Source: Naegleria gruberi (lineage: Eukaryota). Taken from it: a stretch of 64,000 nucleotides of DNA. How positions within the stretch are numbered: the first letter of the stretch is position 1; the number at the start of each line of letters is the position of its first letter. Position numbers and translations under genes: made by a program. A model generated the notes under the pieces. The model did no database searches and was not told where the DNA came from. It saw nothing but the letters and a program-made list of their open reading frames with translations. Of the stretch, positions 42,534 through 52,544 are shown one piece after another. Location: assembly GCA_000004985.1 (NCBI GenBank), contig GG738870.1; one strand, written 5' to 3'.

Positions 42534-43997
42534 CTAATTGGTTGGTATTTCTGTAGTTTTTCCAAACAAGGCCAATAAAATACATCCTGGCACTAAAAGC
42601 ACCAAAACACTTATAAAGAATTGAAGAATTGCCTTCCATCCTCTTAATTCTCTGAAAAATACTAATCCACATATTCCTGTAATGACCATTGCTGTTTCAG
42701 TAAGTGGCATACCAATGGTCAATCCAAGTGGAGAAACTGAAACATAATAGGCAAAGAAATTTCCAGTTTGCCACAAGAATGCTGTTAATGCAGGAAATAT
42801 TGAAAGTTTGAGATGGAATGGAACTCTCTTTTTAAATCTAATCAAGTAATAAACGTAGTAAACAATTAAAATTGCTGTTGTAATGACAAACGATCCAATT
42901 CCAAAGGCGACCATATAGACAAGTCCTGTATCTTCATCTAAACGAGATGGTACGAACATACTTCCACCAGTTATTCCACATAATACCGAGGCTACTAATC
43001 CAATGAAATATCGTTTAGAATTTTTCAAAATCTTGATAAACTTTTGAGATTTGGTTTCATAAACTCCAATTGTTGATTCAATCTCTGATAATTCAGAATA
43101 TAGTGTTGGATCATTCACAGAAGGATAAATAGGAACATCACTACTAATATTCTCCTGTTGATTTGTGGAATTTTCTTGTTGATAAAGTGGTGTTGTTTCA
43201 GTATTATTTTCCTGTCCAGACTCTTCAACACTTGCATTGATTGAAGTTTCAGATTGTTTTTCAGCAACAGGTTCTGGATTATTCCACTTACTGCAAGTGG
43301 CAGTTCCAAAAATACCAATAATCATAATAACCAATCCAAAAACAGTCAAATAAATATTTCCAATTTTAGATTGAAACAATGTAACACCCCAAATGAAATT
43401 GGTAATAATCACACAACCGGCCCAAGTTGATTGAGCAACAGCAGCTCCAAGATACTCCACAGCCACAATGGAAAACAATGAAGAAGGAACCCAAATTCCA
43501 CTTCCTGCCACAGCCCACCAACTCCATTTAAACTCATTCCAAGCTAGAACAATTAAACTCATCAATCCAACCACAAGAGAAAAGTAAAATTGAAATACAA
43601 TCGGATCAAATTCAACATTTCTAACCCATTTAACTTTCATCGGCAAGACAAAAGTTCCCCATGTCAAAATACTGAAATGTGTCATCAATAATGATAATGA
43701 TGATACCTACCAAACAGAAACTCCAACCCATCCAAACCATTCCGGAACCTTATCTCCACCATTCGTTCCATTAGTATTATTATTGGAATTATTTTGCAAA
43801 AGTGTGTAGGATGAAATTTCATTAATTATTGATGGGATGGGATAGAGAGAATTTAGCATCGGAGGAAATGCACTCATCACTGATGATGACGCTTGTTGCG
43901 TTATTGGTGGTGCAACCATAATGATGTGAGACAAAAGTTGTCGTGTATTTTTTTTGTTAAAATTCCCAAGAATCTGGGAGGATTCTGCTTTATTCAA
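42534..43997 (-). CDS. 10-TM transporter-like membrane protein (DMT-superfamily/TMEM144-like guess), probably with a short 5' exon
   Basis: The 384-aa core ORF is 42534..43688. The upstream ORF 43707..43997 is in the same frame, separated by one TAG. A candidate 39-nt intron (GTAGGT…TTTCAG, 43689..43727) would remove it. Confidence 0.5.
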
Positions 43998-44214
43998 AGG
44001 ATTTGGTGAATTCTGCTTGATATTCTCGAATAATCATATATTTAATCCAATTATTGAATGGAATGTTACAGTCAATGTTGCTATTCTACCTAGCTATAAC
44101 TAATACACATGTGGTTCAACTCTCATTTGAAGTTGGTGCATATTAATATCGGCTTTAAATTGTAAAGCCTTAAGTACTTTAAAAAAAATAACAAACTACT
44201 TAATAAAAATACTA

Positions 44215-46126
44215 ATGGCCTCATCACCAACGAGAATTTTTGAAGCCTACGAGATGGTAAGCTATATTGGTGAAATTGAGAACCAACGCACACAATCAAT
44301 ACAAGAACTTGTACCTCTAAAATCAAAAGATCATAACATTTACCTTATGAACGACAGATATGAAATTGATTGTTTCCCTATCGATTATTCTATTCATATT
44401 AAAACGCATCCATTCAAATTTTCCCAACTAAAGAACTCCTCTGAAGCAGATATTTGGAAATTGATCAAGAGGATTGCTCTTCAACAAAGTATATTTAAAG
44501 GTAGATTTATTGGTTTGAAAGGAAAAGACGGCAAGGTTAAAACTGTATCCGAATTTAAGGCTTTTATAGATCAAGTTGATATTCAGACAGATTTAAAGTT
44601 CGTTATTGTTAAAGAGAGGTTTGAGAATGTATTTTCTACCATTGAATCAAGGCTAAACCAATTAAATTCCTTAGAAAGGAACACTTGTTCTATTATCACC
44701 CTGGCAAAGGACGCTTCCTTTAACTCAAGTGCATTGGAAGGGAATATTCACAGCAACAAAGGACGAATTTGAGGCATCCGAAAGTGAGGATGAAGATTCA
44801 CTCACTCCTGATACTAAAGAAATACGAGTACTGAGAAAGATGCATGAAAGATTCCAAACCGATATAATTAATGGAAAGGTTTATACACTCGATGAAGAGC
44901 TACTGTTGACAGAACACAAAGAAATGGCCATTGGTCTTGGAGAGGGTGCAGGAAGATTCAGAAGTGTAAATGTTTATGTTAAAGGATCTTCCCACAAGTT
45001 TGCACCTTATGATACAATAAGAAGCAAGTTGGCATCTGTTTTAATGATTTTCTACTCCAAAATCACCAGCGCCAATTCGTTGGAAGAACGAATTAAGGCT
45101 GCAATTTACATCCATTATGAAATTGTTAACATTCACCCATTCAGAGATTACAACGGAAGAATGGCAAGATATATCATGAACTTAGTTTTATTTCAGTATT
45201 GTAGAATTCCTCCGGTATCAATATTGCCAGGAATTAAGGATGAATACTTTGCTTCTGTTCGCGAAGTTGATAAGAATAATGATTATAGATTTATTACTAC
45301 CATCATTACAGAATCAATTATTAGGTCTATCGAAAAAGCATTTTATTATACTCACATACAGGATGGAATGGGACTATTGTTGAATAGATTTACATTGGAT
45401 CAGCTTGCAGAATATTGTAAATCTAACAACATTACCACTGACGAAAGTTCCAAGTCTAAAATGATAAGAGATATTTTGAGACTCTCTAATAGAATTGGAG
45501 AATTTGCTTTTGTGTTGGAGTTGGAAAAACAAGATTTACAATCAATAGTTCTGGACAATAATCTATCCACTTTTTCTCAATTGCAAACATGTTTAATAGA
45601 GATTTTATTTTCTAATCCAAACACCAACCTGAAACAATTTCTCAATTTATTCAACACTGAAGGTTTAGACAGATTCTTGGAATTATTAAGAATGAAAGAT
45701 GAGTCCTCTAAGGAAGGAAAAATTACAGCTATCATGGAAGAAGTATTAATATTAGGTATGAGAATCGGATTTGGTAATATGAAGGAAGAGAACATCTCTT
45801 CTTTATGCAATGAACTGAAGATCTCTTCATTTGGTTCCAAACTTGAAAACATTCATTCAATGTTTGGTGTTATTTATCCTCATTACTCTAGATTTAAACA
45901 TTTATTATTTAAAGAATACATTTGGGATATTAAGAAAGGTATTTCTTTGGAACAATTATATCAATTTCATTACTATGACTTACTCGTTTATGCAAAAAAA
46001 CAACAATTGAATTTAAAACATAAATCCAAGAAGAGCATTTGTAAGAATATTTTAACCAGTGGTCATATTAAGAGACTTAATGAGAATGACGATTTGTTGC
46101 AAAATCTCAAGAAAAAGAAGTTATAA
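44215..46126 (+). CDS. Fic (filamentation induced by cAMP) domain protein, class-II layout (N-terminal inhibitory helix then Fic core), interrupted by a +1 frame change at about 44745
   Basis: The canonical Fic motif HPFRDYNGRMAR lies at 45134..45169 in the 465-aa ORF. The inhibitory-helix motif SSALEGN (44725..44745) is encoded at the end of the upstream 185-aa ORF in a different frame, about 130 aa upstream, as in FICD. No intron-sized GT-AG interval fits. Confidence 0.65.
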
Positions 46127-46255
46127 CCAAATATATTAGGTTTCATTTCACTTATGAATTTGACTCTTTCCAAATTTGCAAACCAAAATATTTAACATAA
46201 AGCAAATTGTCATTATAAATTGTCGTATTAGATTTAGTTTTGAAGAATATTGAAT

Positions 46256-46344
46256 GGGTGGTTAGCTCAGCGGTAGAGCACCGGATTGCAAAGTTATTTG
46301 CAGCAGACATCCGATGGTCACGTGTTCGATCCACGTACCACCCT
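46256..46344 (+). tRNA. tRNA-Cys (GCA) with intron, second copy; identical to 39618..39706 but inverted
   Basis: The copy is identical across the mature tRNA and the intron. About 40 nt of 5' flank are also nearly identical. Confidence 0.75.
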
Positions 46345-46739
46345 ACCTTTTGACTGTGCAATTTACTTAAAGGGTAAGATTTTTTTAACATGTTTACAGT
46401 AAAAACATAACGAAATTGATAACTTTACTAATGAGACAAACTTCTTCTCCATTGGACTGTTCATGAATTCATGAAAGTTAAATGTCAACATTGTTGATAA
46501 GTTTGAAATGTAACTTCTAAAGTGGAATGAAAAATAATATTTTGGTAATATTGCGAAAACAGAAGTTTCCCTTATCGTCCATTCATTACTCTAACTTTCG
46601 TCTCATTTCCAATAAGGAGCAGTAAATTTCGAAGAGTCTTTTAATTGCATTGTAATGATGTCAATTAAACATTTAAATATTTGATCACTGATTCTATTCT
46701 TAATTATTCACATTTAAAAAACTACAAACACAATTAACA

Positions 46740-47710
46740 ATGCAATCTCCACAATTCTGGCTTCAAGATGTCAAACCAAAATGGTTACCTGAAGGTTTCC
46801 AAGTTGTAAGTATTGTTGACTTCTTGATTCTTATTAACATTGAAAAGCCAACTGAAATGATGGATCAAATTGAACAATTAACTCAAGAAGCACAGAATGC
46901 CTATTATTCTGTAGATAAAGAACGTAATGGATTCTTGAGAAGAAGAGAATTCAAGAAGGCAATGAAGAAATTGGGTATTAACAAGTTTGAAGCAAAGTAA
47001 GTTTATTTGTGGTATTTTGATTCATCCAAATCTAAAGACATATGTTAATCTTGGTTGATCAAGAACGTCTCAAGGTTGTTAGCATTAAGAACTATGTCAA
47101 TGCCTACTTGTTTATTAAGAGTGGTGGTTTGAATCATGAACACACTGATTATCAAGGTCCAATTACAACTGGTGTTGACAAGAGAGAGCACTTACTCAAA
47201 AATCAATCCCAATTAATCAAAGTTGACTTTAAAACTTTCGTTAACAATCAAGGAACAGCCAACGTTTCAGCAGCATTCATTACCCAAAATGGTTTCACAA
47301 GAATTCCACGTGGTATTTTCATTTGGTTAATAGTCAACTTGAAGAATGCAGCCACTGGCATGTTCTTATGTTCTGAGAATGGAAAAATTGTTGCCAATCG
47401 TCCAGCTGCTGGCACTTGGGAAACTTTCACATTTTACAACCATACCGATTGGGCAGATAGTTTCCTTCGTGCCTTTAAAACAGTTTGGAACACTTACTTG
47501 TGTTGTGAAGATACTAATATCCTCGTTGATAATAGAGCTAACATTGGAGATTGGGAAAAGTTTGAAGCTTTCCCATGTCCTGGTGGTTATTATTTCAAAT
47601 CTTGGACAGGAAAGTATATTTCTGGTGATGCTTCTGGAAATGTTTCAATGGCAAACTCTGTTGGTCTAAATGAAGCATGGGATATTACAATTCTTGGATC
47701 ATATCCATAG
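46740..47710 (+). CDS. EF-hand plus beta-trefoil (fascin/hisactophilin-like) domain protein. It has two exons, 46740..46996 and 47038..47710.
   Basis: The intron is 46997..47037 (GTAAGT…TCTAAAG, 41 nt) and joins …NKFEA|K|HMLILVDQ… in frame. Exon 1 has an EF-hand loop (DKERNGFLRRREF). Exon 2 has three WE-x-F trefoil repeats (TWETFTF, IGDWEKFEAF, EAWDITI). Confidence 0.65.
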
Positions 47711-47862
47711 ATGTTAGATGTTGCATTGATTAAGGACTATTGTATATTATATTATTGTATTATTATTGTATTTAAAGACTCAGTAAAAAGTGAATTCCCA
47801 ACTCAAGTTTATTTTTATATTTAATAAGAATCTGTGGAAACTAAGAGAAACGATCGAAAAAA

Positions 47863-48693
47863 ATGTTAAATTTCGACTTGATACAATCCACTGACGAAGA
47901 GTTTGATATTGCGATCAATCAAGGTTTTCTTTATGAACATGAACGAGATGGAAGGCAAATTCTTGTACATCGAAACATGGAAAATCAAATATTGTTCTAC
48001 ATTTGCACAACCCATCATGAAGAAGAAGAAACATTAGATTTGGTGAGAGAGGCATGTCTTTTGTTAAAGGAGGATAAAGTAAAAGGATATGGCACCAGCA
48101 ACTCACCAATTATTGATCAAGGAATTACCAAATCAACCACATTACAAGAAATGATAGAACTCTTAAAAAATGGACTATCACCAAGAATTATCATGAAAAA
48201 GAGTTGCATTATTAATCGCGTTGATTTTGTGCAATATTTGATTGAGAATAATTTGTTTCAAATCAATGAAATCTGTGACAAACATAATAGATACTCAATC
48301 TTACACTTTGCTTGTTATTTCTATTGTCCAGAAATTGTAAAATATGCACTTGATATGGGAATCGACACAAATTTGAAAGATGCCAGAGATTGTATCACTG
48401 CCTATACAGATCTTGTGTGGAGAATACTTAAACAATTAGTTTACAAATCTAGCAATCAAGAAGAAGTCAGTTCAATGCTTTCTAAGAATGGTCTTCCTAC
48501 TAATCTGAAAAGTAATTCTCAAGTTGGTGATGTTGATGTGAATCTGTTGGAGAGTGTCATGTTGGAGACGAAGGGGCTCACTATCACATCCATTGTTAGA
48601 TTAGGATATGAATTGGCCATGTTAAGAATGTTAAGGAAGGCAATTTATAATGTAGATTCACCAAGCAGTAGAGTTAGTTCAGTATTTCAATGA
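47863..48693 (+). CDS. Ankyrin-repeat-containing hypothetical protein
   Basis: The 276-aa ORF contains at least one ANK-like repeat (YSILHFACYFYCPEIVKYALDMGIDTNLKD). Confidence 0.5.
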   Translation: MLNFDLIQSTDEEFDIAINQGFLYEHERDGRQILVHRNMENQILFYICTTHHEEEETLDLVREACLLLKEDKVKGYGTSNSPIIDQGITKSTTLQEMIELLKNGLSPRIIMKKSCIINRVDFVQYLIENNLFQINEICDKHNRYSILHFACYFYCPEIVKYALDMGIDTNLKDARDCITAYTDLVWRILKQLVYKSSNQEEVSSMLSKNGLPTNLKSNSQVGDVDVNLLESVMLETKGLTITSIVRLGYELAMLRMLRKAIYNVDSPSSRVSSVFQ

Positions 48694-48701
48694 CTCAAAC
48701 G

Positions 48702-50207
48702 TTACTGATTTGAAAATTTAAATCTATTAATTAAATCAGCCAAGTCATTCACACAATGAGTTTCAATCTCCTCAAATAAATCATTTCCAAAATAATATTC
48801 CTCAGATTCAATTTTTGAAATGATTAATCGTTTCCTCAATTCAACATTTTCAATATTCAATTCTGCAGGAGCACCAATTGTTAGAAATTGTTCCAAAATA
48901 AACTCTGCTGCCATTTTCTTATTGTGATAATTCTCCTTCTTGTATTGTTGAATAGATTTCCAGCAGAGAAGTGATTCTGGACAGTAACATCGTCTGGCAA
49001 AGTCCAACAATTTCTGATAATAATTCTCATCTTCCAAATTGCTTGCTACTTGCGAATCTTTGTTATTGGATAGATTACCTGTTGAATCTAGACGTGCTGA
49101 CCTATTCTTCTTGAAACGGTCCAAATAAATCTCCCAAGCAATTGGTCTCAATACTGTAATGATAATTTCCAAACTTGCAAAAGCGAATAGGAATAAACTA
49201 TATGGAATAATATAATCAACCAATGTAATATATCCATTAATATTACCCAAAATTACAAATAGCGCCAATCCAATTACTTGCGTAATGATAATTACAATAG
49301 ATTCAGTCTTGATATTCCAGGCATCTCTATCTGCCATTAGTAATAGAATTATTGAACCAATTTCAAAAATGAGATAGATCAGCGTAAGGCAAGACACCAA
49401 TATTAGCCCATTAATTGTTAAAACACATCCAAATCTGAATTCAAACATTCCAGGGTAGACAAATAATTGAGAAGCTCCATTCTCAAACTTTTTCCCAGTC
49501 TTGTCAATTCCAAATTCAATACCAGCCATCAAGAGCCATAACAGTGTATTGAATAGAAAGCAAGTAATGTACACAACCGCCACAAATTTGTAACTGGTCA
49601 AGAATTGTAATGTTTTGATTTTAAACTTCATGGAAAAATTAGTTTTCATCAAGGAATAATCCATCTTGTTGGCAACAGCTGCATTACTTGGTATTTCATC
49701 AGGTATTTCCATATTATAAGTATCCACAACACTCTGATCAGATAAACTCTTAGAAGATTCCACCTTTTCCACTGGCACACTTTCCAAATTGTTATCATTC
49801 ACTTCATTTTCCAGAGCTATCTCTTGCTTCACTTCCATCTCAATATTGGAAGATTTACTTTCCAATACTTTCTGTTGTAATTGATTCTCAAATAGTTTCA
49901 TCTTGACCTTATTCAATTTATAACTCGAAAATACACGAATGCATCGACACGTCGAGGGAAGTGTCATTATTGGACCCAGACAGAAGCACCACGAGTAGAT
50001 TGCACATGGAAATAACTTTCTTCCAATTAAAGTCCTAATACAGAATATTGTGATGAAGAAAAAACTTGAAAGTAGAGTTAGAATGGAATGCGAAAGGTTT
50101 CGTGCTCGGATACTTTTCGAATTTTGTTTAAATATTAGTCCAATAATCGAGAGAATGATGAGTGAGAAGTAGTAGAGAAGAAAGAGAGAAGTAATTCCTA
50201 CAGACAC
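48702..50207 (-). CDS. Polytopic membrane protein with a C-terminal RGS domain (third member)
   Basis: The 501-aa ORF has about 7 TM helices. It ends in an RGS box (YYQKLLDFARRCYCPESLLCWKSIQQYK…FGNDLFEEI…LADLINRF). Confidence 0.6.
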   Translation of the reverse strand: MSVGITSLFLLYYFSLIILSIIGLIFKQNSKSIRARNLSHSILTLLSSFFFITIFCIRTLIGRKLFPCAIYSWCFCLGPIMTLPSTCRCIRVFSSYKLNKVKMKLFENQLQQKVLESKSSNIEMEVKQEIALENEVNDNNLESVPVEKVESSKSLSDQSVVDTYNMEIPDEIPSNAAVANKMDYSLMKTNFSMKFKIKTLQFLTSYKFVAVVYITCFLFNTLLWLLMAGIEFGIDKTGKKFENGASQLFVYPGMFEFRFGCVLTINGLILVSCLTLIYLIFEIGSIILLLMADRDAWNIKTESIVIIITQVIGLALFVILGNINGYITLVDYIIPYSLFLFAFASLEIIITVLRPIAWEIYLDRFKKNRSARLDSTGNLSNNKDSQVASNLEDENYYQKLLDFARRCYCPESLLCWKSIQQYKKENYHNKKMAAEFILEQFLTIGAPAELNIENVELRKRLIISKIESEEYYFGNDLFEEIETHCVNDLADLINRFKFSNQ

Positions 50208-50649
50208 TGTTTCCGATCGATATTAATAAATACATTCGAATAAAAGAACAAATTCTAAATAAACAATTGGCTACTACATACTATAAGTATCTGGACATAT
50301 TAAATGTTCCATCTTGGGATACTTTTCAATGCTGTACATTCCTTGAAATAACATTGAATCGCACACGGTATTGTTTAATCCATCTTCGTTAGAAAGTTGG
50401 GCGTGGACATTGTTTAGGTTCATTTCGTGTCAATTTTTTGTTGCCTTTTTAATCATGTGATAGTCAATGAAGTGAAATAATCAATAATCACATCCTATTG
50501 ATCTATATGTTTAATAATTTCTCAGATTTTTCAACAATTTCCAAAAATTGCTCGAGTATTAAATAAATTAAACACGTGGAACAAGATTCAAACTAGTTGT
50601 CAAATAAATTTCTTACTTCTTATTGACTTGTTTTGGGTTGTTGTTGTTG

Positions 50650-52488
50650 TGGAGTGTGGTGATGGAGTGAAAATCCATTAAATACATAACCTCTATCTCT
50701 ATTGCCATCCAAGAAACGAATTCCACAATTGTTTGGATTAACTTCTGCATCGAACCATTCAGGTTTCAAATCCAACCACTGGTGTTTAAATATTATTATT
50801 AGAAATATGGGATAATGAATTATAATTTACAATTATTTTGAAAGTTCTGATAAAAACTTACCACTGAAAATTGTTAGCAAAATGTAATTTAATTAGAAAA
50901 CTTACTCTGAGTAAAGGCACGAACAGTAACACCGTGAGAAACAATAATGATATCATTAATACCCTCTGTTTCACTATCTGAAATGAGTTTCTCAAATAAT
51001 AATTTCACTCTCTTTGAAACATCAACTGTGTGAAAGAATTATGAATATTAAAAATTACTTGAAAACCTACATCTTGATTCTCCTAATGGAGGACGAGCAT
51101 AAAATCTTCCAAAAAATCCAATGTGCTTTTCAAAATGTTGAAATTCTTGTGGGAATCTCTTATTCAATTCATCTAATGGAACTCCTTCAAATAAACCAAA
51201 TTGTTGCTCCACCAGAAGAATGCTCTCTCTGAATGGTTGTTCTTGTGTTAAAAATTCTTTCAATAAATAACTATTTACCTTTGATCTTGAATTACGTTAG
51301 AGGCCTCAGACATGATAATATTGGCAGTTTCTCTAGCTCTATTGTAGGTCGAATTCCACATTCTAACTCTCAATGGATAGGTAACACTTTCCAATTTTTC
51401 TGATTCATCCTCATCCTCACTCAAATCATTATCAAATTTGAAGTCTGTTGTTTCATTTGAAACAAATTTCAATTCTCTCGAGAATTTCTTTTTTGAAATG
51501 TCTGTATATTTCAGATTTTCTTTTTGAATCTTTTCCCATAATCTCCTATTCATGTCTTCATAGAATCGTTTAATATATACACCAGCCTGTACATATTATG
51601 ATATTTGTGAATAAACACCACTTGACTACTTACAGCTTTTGCTTGTTCTTCACCAGCTTTACTCAATGGAATGGAGTGATCTGATTTCTCTTGTAAAATT
51701 GTCTTGTGTACATTGGTGACACATTGACCGTGTCTCACCAAAAGTATTCTGATATGTCTGGCTTTTTTCTTCAAATGTAAAATGTTCAATTTAATATCCT
51801 TTGGTTCAATTTCCTTACAAATAGGCAGAGAAATGATTGAATTTCTATGTGTATTTCTAGGAGATTCACAAATAGATTGTTTTCTAGTTGGAGAAGTTAA
51901 TTCTGCATTTTGTAATCTCACTGCAGTTGGTGCATTCTCAACATTTTGAGAATTTTCACAATCTACCATAATATTATTATTATTAGTATTTGTATCAGAA
52001 TTAGAGTCGTCCATTTCCACACACTCTGTAAAACTCTCCAAAGATACACTCTTCGGAACTTCGTCATCCTCCAGAGAATCGTAAAACATTTCCTTCAACA
52101 CAATAAATGCAGGTGATTGAGTTATTGAATACTCATCCCATTCCGATCGACCAGATGATGGAATATATAAATTGGACATGATTTCATTCTTTGAATTTTT
52201 ACCACCATCATGCTGTTGATTACTACTAGGTAGTGATAAGGAAGAATGACTTGATGAACTATAGTTTAGGGCTTGTTGTGATGATGAATTATTTGTGGGT
52301 GATGATGATGAAATAACCTCATCATTTAACGATAGAATTGGAATTTCCGATAACGTTGGTGCACTGTTGGTTGTAGGATGATGACTCGGAGTTGATGAAA
52401 CTTCATTGTTTTTCATGTTTTTTTTTGGTGGTTCAACAAATTCAAAATTTTCATCGTTTTGCTTGTTGCTGTTTGCTCGTTTCTTCAT
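50650..52488 (-). CDS. Histidine-phosphatase (phosphoglycerate-mutase family) protein with a long Ser/Asn-rich N-terminal region. It is multi-exon and the 3' exon structure is unresolved.
   Basis: The RHG motif (LLVRHGQCVTN) ends the 312-aa ORF. Downstream exons connect through GTAAGT…GTACAG (49 nt) and GTAAAT…CCATTCAG (50 nt) introns. They encode …RPPLGES… and …IIIVSHGVTVRAFTQ…. A probable terminal exon (WLDLKPEWF…NPNNCGIRF…) cannot be joined in frame with canonical sites. Confidence 0.55.
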
Positions 52489-52544
52489 TTTTTATAATAA
52501 ATATTTAATTTTATTCGAAATCAAGTTGGATATCACTTGACTTG

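Noticed and set aside
46152-46391. 79-aa minus-strand ORF overlapping tRNA-Cys copy B (a similar ORF at 39513..39722 overlaps copy A)
   Set aside because: These are translations of the tRNA-gene region. The same artefact appears at both copies.
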